From the human T2T-CHM13v2.0 reference genome, Homo sapiens: a stretch of 64,000 nt of DNA. The translations under genes were made by a program, and so were the position numbers. The DNA lies in assembly GCF_009914755.1 (NCBI RefSeq), contig NC_060931.1, one strand, 5' to 3'. Numbering within the stretch: position 1 is the stretch's first letter; every line of letters starts with the position of its first letter. Below the pieces are notes generated by a model that had not been told where the DNA came from, did not search any database, and saw only the letters and a list, made by a program, of their open reading frames with translations. This document shows positions 1 to 14,506 of the stretch, piece by piece.

Positions 1-164
1 ATTCTGAAGCAGGTGATCTCTTAGCCACTCTTTGACAAGCACAGATTTAATGTCTCCTAGACCAAACAGGCAGACACAGCAGAATGAAGCTCTCCAGCTC
101 AACTGCAGGGTGGATGTGCCTAGTCTGTCTTGTCCCTCTTCCTTGCCAAGGTGGCCCTTTACAG

Positions 165-480
165 CTGCCCTGTTCAATACAGATAAGCCACAGGAACTAT
201 TGAGCATTTGAAACGTGGCTAGTCCAAAGTGAGATGTGCTGCAAATGTAGCACAGACATGGAATTGTGAAGATTTGGCAAAATCAAAAAATGTCAAAGGC
301 GTCATTAATAATTGTTGATGTTACATACTGAGATGACAATATGTTGGATTTATAGGTTTAAATAAAATATAAACTTGATTTCACTTTTTAAAAACTTTTT
401 AAAGTAAGGCTACCAGAAAATTTAAAATTACATTTGTGGCTTTAATTTGTGACTTGCATTATATCTCCATTGGGCTGCCC
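165..480 (-). mobile_element. MER33-like hAT-Charlie DNA transposon
   Basis: Resembles the reverse complement of the MER33 consensus (tattgagcatttgaaacgtggctagt...ggctaccagaaaatttaaaattacat...gacttgcattatat). Confidence 0.7.
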
Positions 481-589
481 AGGTCTAGTCAATCCCTGCC
501 ACAGAACACCGAGCAACACCTCCATCCTGTCCCCAGACCTACTGCTCTTAATCACTGAGGCCCCTTTGGAACTCTAATAACTATAATTT

Positions 590-935
590 GTGGTTCCTTG
601 TGTGCCAGAACTGCACTAAAAACCTTATCCATGTTCTCTCATTTAATGTTCACAATCGCCCTCATGAAACAGCCATTTCAATCTCTGGTTCTCAGATACA
701 CTGCTCCCAGTACTGACCTCTTCTGAAGCTTTTCTGGTGCTGTATTGAAAACCTCCTCCTCTCTGTAAGTCCTCCAGCCACCTCTGAGCTGCTGGAGATC
801 AGACCCATTTGTATTTTAATTCTCACTTCCTAGCACATGGCGCTCTGGGACGCAGACAGATTAAGTGACTTATCCACCCTCTGGGTCACAGGGCACCAGG
901 ATTTGAATATGATCTGTCTGCAAAGTCCACGCTTT
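590..935 (-). mobile_element. Fragmented MIR SINE
   Basis: tgtgccag...ctcatttaatgttcacaa and ttaagtgacttatcc...caggatttgaa MIR core motifs. Confidence 0.45.
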
Positions 936-1278
936 TTTTGTGTGTTTTTGAAAATCACTTTATTGAGGAATGACACGTAAAAAGCAGTATGCTTTTCAAC
1001 CATCACATATGCCAGCTCCCAGGTGGGCTGCTGTGGGAGCAGGGAAGGGTGCAGGGAGGAGAGCCCACTTCTCTTTCCCTGTGATTATTTTTCCTGCACG
1101 GGGTTGTATGGCCAAAAAGTGCGCAAATAGATTGGTAAACACTAAAGCTGGTCCTCGTTACTGACAGGTGAAAAGAACATGTGTAAGACCCAAAACACCT
1201 AGGAAGGACATTTGTGAGGTGACTAAGCCTGAGCTCCGCCTGTCTCTTTGGAAGCAGCCAAGGTACAGTAAATGCTCT

Positions 1279-1297
1279 TGAACACCAGGGGGCAGTG
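1279..1297 (+). promoter_or_regulatory. Candidate CTCF binding motif
   Basis: TGAACACCAGGGGGCAGTG closely matches the CTCF core (TGGCCACCAGGGGGCGCT/CCASYAGRKGGCRS). Confidence 0.6.
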
Positions 1298-2539
1298 TGT
1301 GACCGCCGTTTCTCATCCCGCTCCCTACAGAGCCTCAAAGCAGTTTTTCCCAGTAAAGCTGATCTCTGCTACATGGGTCCTAAGTCTGAGCCTCTGTCAC
1401 CTCTGTCAACAAGACTTTCCTTGAGTGACAAAAACTGAACTTAAGTAATGTAAGTGCCCACAACAGCTGAAGTCTGAGCAATTCTTAGCGGCAGGAAGAT
1501 GTTTCTCTTGCTGCCTGAACTACTCCTAGAATGGTAGAGCATCAAAGAACCATAGCTCCTTAAGCATCTCTGGGCAAGAGGTGCCTGACCCCTATCCCTG
1601 ATGGCACTGAGTCCTGTCTGGGACACTCTATTACATTTCTTTTCTGTCTTTCTCCTTCCTTTCACCTACAAGTAAATCTTTTCTGTTTTAAGAAATCAGT
1701 CAAGGCATCAGCAATGAACTCTGGGTATGAGACGCCCACTCATAGGAGCTCAAAATCCCCAAGCTCCTGGGTATTTTCACATGGATGGGATGCTCTCCTC
1801 ACCCTCAGTGTGCCCCAGCCGCGGCTCACCACCCTCGGCCCCTCCCCTTGTGGGTTCCCTTCTCAATGCCCTGCACCTGGGAGCCTCCCTCTCACCCAGA
1901 CTTTGCCATGACCTTGTTCTGCTCACTCTCTTCTCCTTTCCCTGCCTCTGGCTATTCCCTGTCACCCACTGACTCCGTGGAAGAGGACCCCCTCCCAGCT
2001 GAGTGTGTGACCCCAGGGCCCACTCTGCTTTCCGCTGGAGGCAGCCAGTGAGTGGTAGACGCATGGGATCTGCCTTCACACAGTCCAGGCTCTGTCACTG
2101 ACCAGGCAGATAGCCTTGGACACCTGCCTGAACCTCTCTTCCCTTCCGCCCTTCAGATCCCTCATTTCCTCATTTTGGAGCCTCCTCTGGGGCACACGCT
2201 AAGACCTCTGGGCACATGGTCATCGCTATGACCAGCCCTGGCCCTCTCCTTTTGGGGGGCAATCAGTTACATGCTTCTTTTGTCACAGAGTTCATCTATA
2301 TCCATGTTTGAAGTGATTGCCCGGACATGAATATAAGGGTCACTGCCTAACTCGCTGCAATAGTTAAAGGGAGTAACGAGAAGGGGGCCCTGCTGAGTGG
2401 TCTGGAGTGGGGTAAAATGAAAGGCAAACACACCGCCCTTGATGATTTGGACTCCTCTACAAGAGAGACTAATCTACTACATAGACTAGGACACATTCCA
2501 CAGATGAGGAAACAGAGGCTCATAGAAAGTTCAACAACT

Positions 2540-2836
<297 letters not shown>

Positions 2837-4570
2837 AAAGTTCAACAACTTGTGCAGAGCCACTTGCTACCCGAGGACCCGTGACTCAAGCACATCGGTG
2901 TGGTTTAAAGTCCACCCTGTGGCTCCTCTCACGCTCCTCCTACCTCCGGGTCAAGGGGCGCTGATGTAAGGCATTCCGCTTGTGCCTTTCAAAATAAACA
3001 ACTGCTTTCAAAAGACAAACGGAATTATACATAGACTAGGACAGTTGAAAAAATGCTGGATTCTGTCCCCGCAGGGAAGTGGCCGACCCGATGTGTGGAG
3101 GGGCTGGGAGCTGCCATGGCCCGCACAACCCGGCGCACCCCGCGAGCTTCACGCGTGGGCTTCACGCGTGGGACTCGCAGGCTCAGTCTGCAGGGGCGCT
3201 GCTGTCACCGCACCCGCCTCCCCAGCTCAGGCAGCCCAGGACTCCCTCTGGCTTATATGTAGTAAAAAACAAAGGCAGTGTCTGGTTCAGATCCAAGAAA
3301 GCCACAGCAGTGGCCACAGAGATGTTTCTCCAAGTCTCATATTGATGAATCCCAAGCATATTTGAACTGTTTAATACCCCCATCTCCAAAGATGCTCTTT
3401 TTTAGCTAGTGTCCAATCCCTATATTACAGTTCCTAAACAAGAAACATTCCCCGTGCTGAATCCGCGTGGTTCTTTCCTCTTCAGCGCAGAGAACGGAGG
3501 TGGAGATGGGCTCCGGTGCTCCCGCTGAACAGGGACGGTGCGCAGTCATTCCCCGCCTGCACCACGCGGTGGCAGCAGCAGCATGGGCTGAAGGGGCTGT
3601 TGGACGCGTTTGCAGCTCCGCCCGCTGAGAAGCCACTATTAAATGCCCTGCAAACTGGGCATTAATCCCCAGGCCCTCCACAAGTGTGGTGAGGGGAGTG
3701 TGGAGGGAGGGAAGGAGGGCAGTGGACAGTCAAGTCTTGGAGATTGTGCCTGATGGCTGAGTGTTCTGGAATAGGCCTGTCCTTTCTCTCATTGACAGGG
3801 GGAGCTAGAGCTGGCAGGAGAGGGCCAGGAATTTTTCTCTTGCTGACACTTTGCAACAGGTCTGGCCTTTGGACCCAGAACCCCATAAGACCAGGCCTGT
3901 TCTTTTGCCTATGAGACTTCCTCGTTCACAGAAGCTATGACTTCTAGACCAGGCATCGTTGACTTCTGGCCTCCTCCCTCTTCTTGTAAAATTTTCTCCA
4001 AAAAGCACACCCACTGGCCCCCCTGGTGTGTCCCCTCCAGCTCTGGTCCTCCAGGGCAAAGCCCAGACTCCTTCATGGGGTGTTTGGGGCCTATGCACCT
4101 TCACCCCGAGTTTTCACTCCTGCCAGTGCCTTATGTACATCCTGTCAACCTCCTTCCTGACCCTCATCTACAGAGGTCCACTCTCCCACCTCATACTGTC
4201 TCTTGTACCTTCCTCTCCACCTCTTCCTCTTCTGAAAGGGCCCCTCCTTAGTCAGTGTTTAACTCATGTTCTTGGAACCCTTCCCTGATGTCTGAACTGT
4301 TAATTATAACCTGTGCCACTTCCCTGGTGCCTGCAAACACTGCAAGACTTAACTCATCTCCTGCTCACAATGATTCAGTCATCTGGACAGATGAGGACAC
4401 TGAGGCACAGATACATAAACTTGCCTGAGGTCCCAGAGCTAAGGAAGAGGCAATCTTAAATTGTCACCTCTGAGTAAACTCACATATTCTCTGCCTTGGA
4501 ACTCAGAGACTGGGATTTTGCCACTATGTTTCTCTGTGACTGATTATGACCCAAACAATGTCATAACATC

Positions 4571-4995
<425 letters not shown>

Positions 4996-5298
4996 CCAAA
5001 CAGGGTCACACATCTTGATTCGCAAAACAAGGAATGTGGAGAAGTGGTGAGGGTTGGGATCCCTGTTCTTGCACTTGCTAGCTGAGTGATTTCAGAAAGG
5101 TAACACACACACTTTCTCTTTCTCTCTCTCTCCATTTTTAAAGTGGTGGTAATACTAGTAAGACTATTATGAGAATAGAGATTAGAGATATAATATAAAT
5201 GTGTTCAGTTTACAGTTGAGTCTGTGAGTGCAGTATCCAGAAGTATTCCATAAAATGGAATACTCCTATAGCCAGGAACTCAGCATCAGTCACTGTAA

Positions 5299-5618
<320 letters not shown>

Positions 5619-5799
5619 GCTCTGTGAGGTTTCTAAATAAACACTGTAACTCAGAAATATGTGTTTGGAGGTATTAAACTGCAGAGAATTGAAGGATGAA
5701 AACTTACCAAGAAATATTAGCTAGGGCCCTTTCTTTGACAATGTATCCCACATGAGGTTAAATCCCATAGCTGTGACCCACAAGGGGGCCCAAGAAGCC

Positions 5800-6330
5800 C
5801 CAACTCTCATTTCCAGAGAACACTCTCCTTCTGCAGACCCCATTTTCCTTCCGAGCTTGCAGCCTGATTTCAGGGTGTGTACTGGTTCACAGTGACCCCC
5901 AATCTGACACCCGCCACCCCACCTTATGCACAGGACTTACCTGCAACCCTCAATTGCACGATTCAACCCCACACTTCTGGCTGGGATGCTGGTCACATCT
6001 AACCCTGACAGAGTCATTCCTAGACCCCAGGACTTTGGAGGTGGGAGTGAGGAAGAACCAGTCTCTGTAGGTGACTGTAAATCTGAACGAAGAACCTGGG
6101 CACTGTGGGCCACCATTTCCCACCAGCCAGGCAGAATAAGTGTGCTGGGTGGGATGCGTGAAGAGAGGATGGAGAAATCAGAATGTAAAGATGTGAAGAG
6201 GTTGCTCCCAGGGCTCCCAGTAGCAATGTAAGCTCTCAGTTCTGCTCTCCCCAAAGGAGATCTCCCTACAGCACCATCACTCACCTGGCTACCTTGAATT
6301 GGCCTCTGTTCCTTGCCACCAAAAAATGTC
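5800..6330 (+). mobile_element. Possible old ERVL-class LTR (LTR33/LTR16-like)
   Basis: Motif order ggtcacat...gagtcattcc...ggccaccattt...gagaggatggaga resembles old ERVL LTRs; heavily diverged. Confidence 0.3.
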
Positions 6331-8280
6331 CTAACTATGACGTCAAGCTCTCTGCAGCCAGAGACCCCCAACATGCTGTGATGAGAAAGTGCTGGACACT
6401 GGTGATCTTGTCCGCAGCCTCACACTGTGTCCTGCCATCCCAAGTAGGTCTTTGAGAGAAGGGAGAATCCTTCCCTGCCATTGTTCTGCATGAAGAAAAA
6501 CAGAAGTAAATGGCACTGGTGATGCTTCTGCCATCAATAGAAGTCCCTTGCACATCCCTCCAGTTGATTCATGGGAGCCCCACTCTCTGGGTGGATTGGG
6601 TCACCTCCAGCCACCCAATTCCCACTTAGAGCTATAATGGGGCTTGCGAGGGGAGTGCAAGCCCAAGCCTTTCCCCTGTAAACCACAGGTTCTGGGCCTC
6701 CTGCATCACCTGGGAAACCGTGAAACCCTTTCCTCTAAAGCCTCACCTGGCGAATGGCCCTTCAGCATGAGCTCAGGACCCACATCCTAGGAAGATCTTC
6801 CAGGAACCCCCACAGGCTTCAGTTGGGAAGGTCTCCTCCTCCAAGCCCATGCCTTCTGCTCTCACAATACTTCCCATCCTCCCCTCCAATGTTGCATTTT
6901 TCTCTTTTTCTTTCTGGACTGTGAGGTCCTTAAGAGAAGAGTTATCCTTCATCCTTTTTATCCACTGGTGATAAGTATTCAGTAAATATCTGTCAAACTG
7001 ACTTTTCAAAATAACAACCAACCATCACACCCTTTCTTAGCATTTCTGTCCTTCCAAATGGAACTTCAGGATACACACAGGCTTTCTAGCTCATGTTCTT
7101 CTCACTGTCTCATCCACCCACTCCTAAGAAGTGTAGAGACCCTTTTGGTTTTACAAGATTTGGAGTAGATCTCTTCTAGAGAATCTAGAATACAGGAAAG
7201 GCAGAGGCAGTAGGTAATCATACCTCCCTGGTTTGATTACCCGCACAAGATTCCCATGGGCAGCTCCGAATCTTCTGGAAATCAGTCCCAGGTTGAGCAA
7301 ACAAGCAAAGTTTTCACAATCGTGTTTTTGGGTTCTAGTTTTTGACTTACAGATTTGATAATTCTGGAAGTCCTGAGGCCTCTGCACCAGACCAGCTGAC
7401 CCTGTGGTTTCAACATGTGGACCCCATGTGGACCACTTTGAGGCAGCTGTTAGACATAGTAATGTCAACATGTAGGAACTCTGTGTGATACCAAGTAAAG
7501 AAAGCACTAGGGTGGCATGGGAGACATGGAAGGGTTGGGGTGAGGGTCAGGGTGAGGGGCTGGTGACTGTGAAAGAGGACAGTGAGCCATGGGATGCAGA
7601 GTGGAATCTGGGGAAGGCATGGAGGGGCAAGGATATCTACGGACCCATTAGCGGGTCATGTTTCCATTCGACTGTGGTTTTAGGCCATCTCAAAATGTCT
7701 CCATTATAAAAAAGACCCTGTGTCAATGCTTGTGTGCCAATATTCCATACCCCACAGGGCTCCTCCCTCCCCTCAAACTCCCCTTCTGATCATCTGCAGT
7801 GAGGCTCAGAGCTACCATCAGAGGGTGATGTTGCCGGGTGTCCAAGTATTACTCAAATAACCTGTCCAAGATGGCATACATTTCTGGAGACCCTTGCGCC
7901 AGAGTATCCCCAGCCCCAGACTGTCAGCTGCCTGGTCCTCACATACCCTGCCCTCCTACCACAGTCAAAACCCCGGTACAGACCTGCTGGAGCCAGAAAA
8001 GGAAAACAAATAAACAGAAAGTCTCTCTCTTCAGAGCAGATGACTTTCAAGCTACCTCGTGAGCTGACCTCAGGAGTAATAATGATGACAGTTGGATACT
8101 CTGCCCCTACTAGTTTTGTTATGGTACAGACACTCACTCTCTTCCCTCTTCCTGCCACTGTGGCTATGAAACCAAGTGTGGCTGGAGCCTGGTCAGCCTG
8201 GGCCTGCCTGGCAGTGATGGGCAGAGTTCTTCCTTTACCTATGATGGGTGGACAGCAGGAGTGAGAGATAAGGGTTTTAT

Positions 8281-8671
<391 letters not shown>

Positions 8672-8702
8672 TGACTCTTACATGGCCTCTTACATTTTAC
8701 TA

Positions 8703-8750
8703 TTAGGTTGGCACAAAATTAATTGTGCAATTACTTTTACGCCAACCTAA
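8703..8750. mobile_element. Internally deleted MADE1 (Hsmar1 MITE)
   Basis: ttaggttggcacaaaattaattg...caattacttttacgccaacctaa, palindromic, flanked by TA at 8701-8702 and 8751-8752. Confidence 0.8.
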
Positions 8751-9381
8751 TATGTTTTCACGTATCCACACATGGCCTGCAAGAGTAAGCTAAGGTTCAG
8801 AAGGATAAAGTGGCTTGTCCAGGGCTATACAGCAAGTACACAGTGACATTAGTTAACATTTCATAAATACTTGCAGGCTCTAGGATCTGAGCTAAGTGCT
8901 CTGCATGGATCATTCATCTTGGCCTCACAACAAGCCTAAGGTGCAAAGTTCATTTACCACCTAAATGCATCTCTGTCTGTCCCCTGTGGAGCTCAGGAAC
9001 TGACTGTGGCCTGGAGAGTGTAACCTGGACTCAGTTCTGAAGCCTGTGCTCATCTGACTCCACCTTTAGCATATCCTGACTAGCAAACCCAAGCAGAAAA
9101 CAAATGCATGCTTTTATTATGCTTAATGCTGAGAGCTCAGAAGACATGACTGTTTTTTATTAAACTAATGACACCAAACTCATCTTATGTACCAGATTGA
9201 CCAAATCATGTGATAGTGAAAAACACTGGATTAGCTCCTGTACTTCTGAAAGTTTTAGGAATATTTAATTTATATAAGTGCTTACTTATTTCTATCTAAG
9301 CCTATTAGAATAGAGCTCCTTTAAGGAATTTTATAAATTAATTTAGTAATACCATTCGGAGGTGGGAAAATATCACATATA

Positions 9382-9690
9382 TAGTCATCTCTCAGTATCC
9401 CTAGGGGTTAGTCCAGGACCCCCGACAGATACCAAAATCCACAGATGCTGAAGTCCTTGATATAAAATGGCATAGTATTTGCATATAACTATGCACATAC
9501 TCCTTACACTTTAAATCATCTAGAGATTACTTAGAATACCTAATACAATGTAAATGCTATGCAAATAGATGTTAAACTATATTGTATTTGTATTTTTTTA
9601 TTGTTTTGTTATTTTTATTTTTTCATGTACTTCTGATTTGTAGTGGCTTGAATCCATGGATGTGGAACCCACTGATACGAAGGGCCCCCC
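9382..9690 (+). mobile_element. MER2 (TcMar-Tigger) DNA transposon
   Basis: ccaggacccc...ataccaaaatccacagatgct.aagtcc.tgatataaaatggcatagtatttgcatataac matches the MER2 consensus; terminal gatacgaagggcc. Confidence 0.85.
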
Positions 9691-10099
9691 GCACCTCACA
9701 TGCATACACAAACATATAGACAGACACAAATAGAAATGTTATGGCTTTCATTCAAAAATTTTAGCTACCAGTCAGAAATAAACGGAGGAATGCACAACTT
9801 CCCAATTTATGTAAGGGTCGTTTCTTGTCTTTGCCCCACTGTATAGTTTAATCCAAATTGTATTTCTAGAAGACAGAACAAATTGGAGCTACCTGCTTAA
9901 TATGAGGGTTAAAACTTCCCACCAATATTTGCAGAGGAAATATTTTAAAATTTAAAATTTTTAATTTTTAATTTAAATTTTAAATTTGAAGAGGAAATAT
10001 TTTAAAATTTTAAAGTTTTCTTTGCCCTGCTGAGTAATCCTATGGGGGCTGTGGACTAAGTTTTAGGTGGGGGCTGTGGACTGAGTTTTAGGTGAGGGA

Positions 10100-11830
10100 C
10101 TGAGGATATATCTGTATGTCTCCAAAGCCCATCTGAGTAAATAAAATTTGAATCTGCCTCAGATTAGTGTTTTAAGCCTCAGGTGCTTGCTTTTAGGGGT
10201 CCCTGAATCTTTCAAGAGCTCCTAAATCAGGGGAGAAGGGGGTCTAAATTCCCAGTGACTACAGGGAGTTGAAGTGCTGGAATGGAATGTAAAAGTCTTA
10301 GAAAAGTCAACTTGGAAGATCTTAAGTTTTCTCAAAGAAGCCACTGACATTTTAAATTATCCTTAGTGCAATGACGCCGACCATAAAGGAAGTGGGTAGC
10401 AGTGGAGCAGCAGCAGGGGCTTGAGAACGGGGTTCCAGTCGACTAAGAAGTTTCCATGGAAGCAGTAAGATCAAGTAAGGAGATTAGCAAGGCCTTGAAA
10501 CAAAAGCTAGGAGGAGCTTCCAGCCCGAGAGGTACCTCTCAAACAATCCAGCCTCAGAGAATATACTGTGCTCTAATCCAGCCTCAGAGAATATACTCAG
10601 TCTCAAAAGTGACTCAAATGAATAAGCCTTTTTATGACTTAACCACAGACACAAGAGGCATCTCCAAAGGGGGCACAGAAAATGCAGCCCTCGTAATCCA
10701 AAGTCATGCCCAAAGATAACAGAAAGAAGGAAACCAAGTTGTCACAGGCATCGAAGGCAATGGTCAAGGAAAGGGCTTAGATTCGGACATCCCCTGAGAG
10801 GTGGCAATGGTGGGTAGGAGTGTAATGTGCCCTGTGTCTCAGGTTCCCTACTTGACCTCTAGACACTACCTCCAGACACAGATCTGGCAATTGACAACAT
10901 TGACAGGTGGAAAACCAGAGAGAATGCCCTCTCTGATTTCTAAAGCCAAGCTCTCAGGACACTATCAGTGAGCAATACTGGCTTATAGGACCAGTACCTG
11001 GGTTCTGCCCTATCATTCACTTTCTTATAACAAATAATACTTTAAAATATTACAATATTTAAAAGCAATATTTATAAGCAATATTGGCTTATAGGAGCAA
11101 TACTTGGGTTCTGCCCTATCATTCACTTTCTTATAACAAACAGTACTTTTAAACAGCACAACACAAAACAGAGCAGAGACACCATTGCTATCTATAACAG
11201 GGGTCTCAACAGCCAAAGACCTAGTTCTAACCAAAAGCATTCTCCTGTAAATCTAAATTTTGAAAAAGACAGGGAGAGACTCATACTACCCTTGCTGGGC
11301 TGGACCCTGAACAGAAATCTTAGGTTCTGACTGGTGAGAAAGCATCTTTCATCCGACTTGGTCATAGAGCGAGGAGTCCCAGCCACATCACCTTCATTGT
11401 CAGAACTGTCAGGAAGAAAACTTTTCCTCTACCATATTAGGTTTAAATGATTGGAAGCCTGCGAATTAACTGGCAATAGATATAGAAACAGGAGAAAAGA
11501 CAAGGCTGATTACCTGCATGCAGGAGCACCCTGTAAAGAGTAACTCACTGTCTAGCCAGAGGTACAGGTTTATGCAGCAGCTTAGCAAAAGGGAGAGTTT
11601 AGAGCTTTAAAGGCAGGAAGGTTCTGATGAGGCTTAACACAATTTCCTTTTTGGAATGTCATGGTGCCTAAGTCAGTCACCATCCTGACCTCTGCAGATT
11701 TGTATGGGGGATTGTGGTGGCAGCTGAGTCTCTTAAAGCTCTGCTTAAATCAGATAAGGTAAGTTCAGATAAGATTTCTTTCTGTGTCTGTTGTTGAGTT
11801 TTTGATCCCTTCATAAGGAAAGAGAAAACA
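10100..11830 (-). mobile_element. Possible degraded ERV1-type LTR (~11408-11830) plus adjoining internal leader
   Basis: gcctgcgaattaactggcaatagat...aacaggagaaaag and a TG-start at ~11408 resemble MER4-group LTR ends; weak, recognition only. Confidence 0.3.
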
Positions 11831-12040
11831 GAACCTAGCCAGCTTTGCAGCTATGAGGTGGGAAAAGCAGTTCAATCTCCTGATTCCCCACCACTGGTCC
11901 TCCCTTTCCCTCAGCCACTGAAAAGTTTCTGAAGGATTTTTAATGAATGACATGGAAAAAATATTCATTAGCAAATGTATTATGTTATAAAACAGACCCA
12001 GAACTAGATCACAAAATATTATTTCTGGGTAATTGAATGA

Positions 12041-12405
<365 letters not shown>

Positions 12406-12471
12406 GTATTCATTCTATAATAAGTAAATGAATAGGCATTTTTCTGAAAAAAAAAATGCGTTAAAAAAAGA

Positions 12472-12507
12472 CATAGCAAACATAGCAAACATAGTAAACA
12501 TAGCAAA
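12472..12507. repeat. 9-bp tandem repeat (CATAGCAAA) x4
   Basis: catagcaaa catagcaaa catagtaaa catagcaaa. Confidence 0.85.
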
Positions 12508-12677
12508 ATATTGAGTGTCTGTCTTTGCACAGAACTATATGTTTCTCCTCACCAGACTTATCACTGGGTCACATTCTTGAATGCTGTGGAAGATAATTTA
12601 TCTTAAATTCAAAATACTTGAAGCATCTAAACAATAAATTTTGTGATAAAATAATTGTTCAGAAATATCACCCCTGA

Positions 12678-12800
12678 GGCTGTGCACGGTGGCAAGTGCG
12701 GGTAATCCTGGCAACTCAGGAGGCTAAGGTGGGAGGGTCACTAGAGGCCAGGAGTTGGAGACTAGCCTGGGCAACATAGCAAGACCCTATCCTAAAAAAG
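12678..12800 (+). mobile_element. FLAM / free left Alu monomer
   Basis: ggctgtgcacggtggc...gaggccaggagttggagactagcctgggcaacatagcaagaccc followed by an A-rich tail. Confidence 0.8.
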
Positions 12801-13012
12801 TTTCTTTTTTAATTAAAAAAAATAAATGATTACCCATTTTCAAAACCATGCCAATAAAATAATTGAAGACAAATTTGCTACAGGGTTCTATGTGGTGAAA
12901 TATGGATTGCCTTTGACCTCAAGTCTTACTGCAGTGAAAAGAGGTGTGAATCTTACAGTCTGGTGAGGTTTCAGAGTGGGTCTGGATTGTGCAAATATAT
13001 TTGTTGAGTGTA

Positions 13013-13013
<1 letters not shown>

Positions 13014-13049
<36 letters not shown>
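13014..13049. repeat. (CA)n microsatellite (~18 units)
   Basis: Direct reading. Confidence 0.95.
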
Positions 13050-13052
<3 letters not shown>

Positions 13053-13056
13053 TATC

Positions 13057-13384
13057 CAGGGCAAGTATTCCTTATCCAAAATATTTGGGACCAGAAGTGT
13101 TTCAAATTTCAGATTTTTCTGGATTTTGAAATATTTGCATATCCATACTGAGACATCTTGGGAATGGGACTCAAGTCTAAAGACAAAATTCATTTATGTT
13201 TCATATATACCTTATACATATAGTTTGAAGGTAATTTTATAAGATATTTTTAATAGTTTTGTGTGCCCATCACATGAGGTCAGGTATAGAATTTTCCACT
13301 TCTGGTGTCAGGTTGGCAGTCAAAAAGTTTCAGATTTTGGAGCATTTCAAATTTGGGATTTTCAAATTGAGGTGCTCAATTTGT
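13057..13384. mobile_element. Tigger4 (Zombi/MER46-type) DNA transposon
   Basis: tattccttatccaaa..ttgggaccagaagtgtttc...caaaaagtttcagattttggagcatttc...gctcaa.ttg with terminal inverted repeats. Confidence 0.8.
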
Positions 13385-13486
13385 ATTATAGCTATATACA
13401 CACATAGATATATATAAAAAAACAGACTTAGAACTAGATCACAAAATGGTATTTTTGAATGGGCAAATGACAGTTGGCTTTTATTC

Positions 13487-13792
13487 TTTTTTTTTTTTTA
13501 ATTTTTTTTTGAGACAGAGTCTCGCTGTGTCACCCAGTCTGGAGTGCATTGGCGCAATCTCGGCTTGCCGCAACCTCTGACTCCCGGGTTCAAGAGATTT
13601 TTCTGCCTCAGCCTCCCAAGTAGCTGGGACTACAGGTGCCGGCCACCACGCCCAGCTAATTTTTGTATTTTTTTAGTAGAGATGGGGTTTCACTATGCTG
13701 GCCAGGCTGGTCTTGAACTCCTGACCTCATGATCTGCCCACCTCAGCCTCCCAAAGTTCAGGAATTACAGGCTTGAGCCACCGCACCTGGCC
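13487..13792 (-). mobile_element. Alu (S-type)
   Basis: Poly(T) through gagccaccgcacctggcc. Confidence 0.95.
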
Positions 13793-14506
13793 TATTTTTT
13801 AATTTTTATATCACATATAGGTATGATAACAAAATATCTTTTAAAAATGGTTGTCCTTTTTTGTTAATTTGGTATTAAATATAAATTCTAGAATTCCTGT
13901 CAGGAGCCGATTATACATTGGACATTGGAGTAAAATACCATGTCCAGTGCTTGCTTCTTTGGACTTTTGATTGCTACAAGGTTGGATGAATGAAGATACG
14001 TTCATAGTGTTCTGTTCTCACATCCTAACACACAGTGCACAAATCTGTCTGCCTTTGGTTTCAGAACTAACAGCAGGTGGATGGGCTGGAGAGTATAGGC
14101 CTCAATGCACCCCTTTGCGAGGGCTTCTGGCTCCCAGGAGCTGTCCCTCTTCCTGCATATTGTGGGCCTTCTTTCCTGCAATTCAGTCCTGTGCAGTCCC
14201 TGTCAGGGTGAGGGAAAAGAACGAACAACAACACAAACTTTCACTGAACACTTACTGGGTGCTGAATATGCTCGGCATTTTATATCGACAATCTCAAGTC
14301 CTCTTTTCCAGATGAGAACTTTGAAGCTACAAGGAATGAATACATTGAACATCTAGTTATTGGAGAAAGTGCTGGGGCTCTGTCCAAATGTCAGCCCAGG
14401 TCAGCTCTTCTCCAGTAACCTGGGACTCCACAGCTCTAGGCATGTCTTACTCTCATCTCTTTTTCTTTCTTAGTCCTAGACTGGTTTATTTCCAAGGAGA
14501 TGCCAC

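Noticed and set aside
3186-3201. CTCF-like GTCTGCAGGGGCGCT
   Set aside because: One base short in the G-run and a poor 5' match; much weaker than the two reported motifs.
9933-11149. Spaced direct repeats superficially resembling a CRISPR-like array
   Set aside because: Each repeat has only two copies and the units are unrelated; eukaryotic context with no cas genes.
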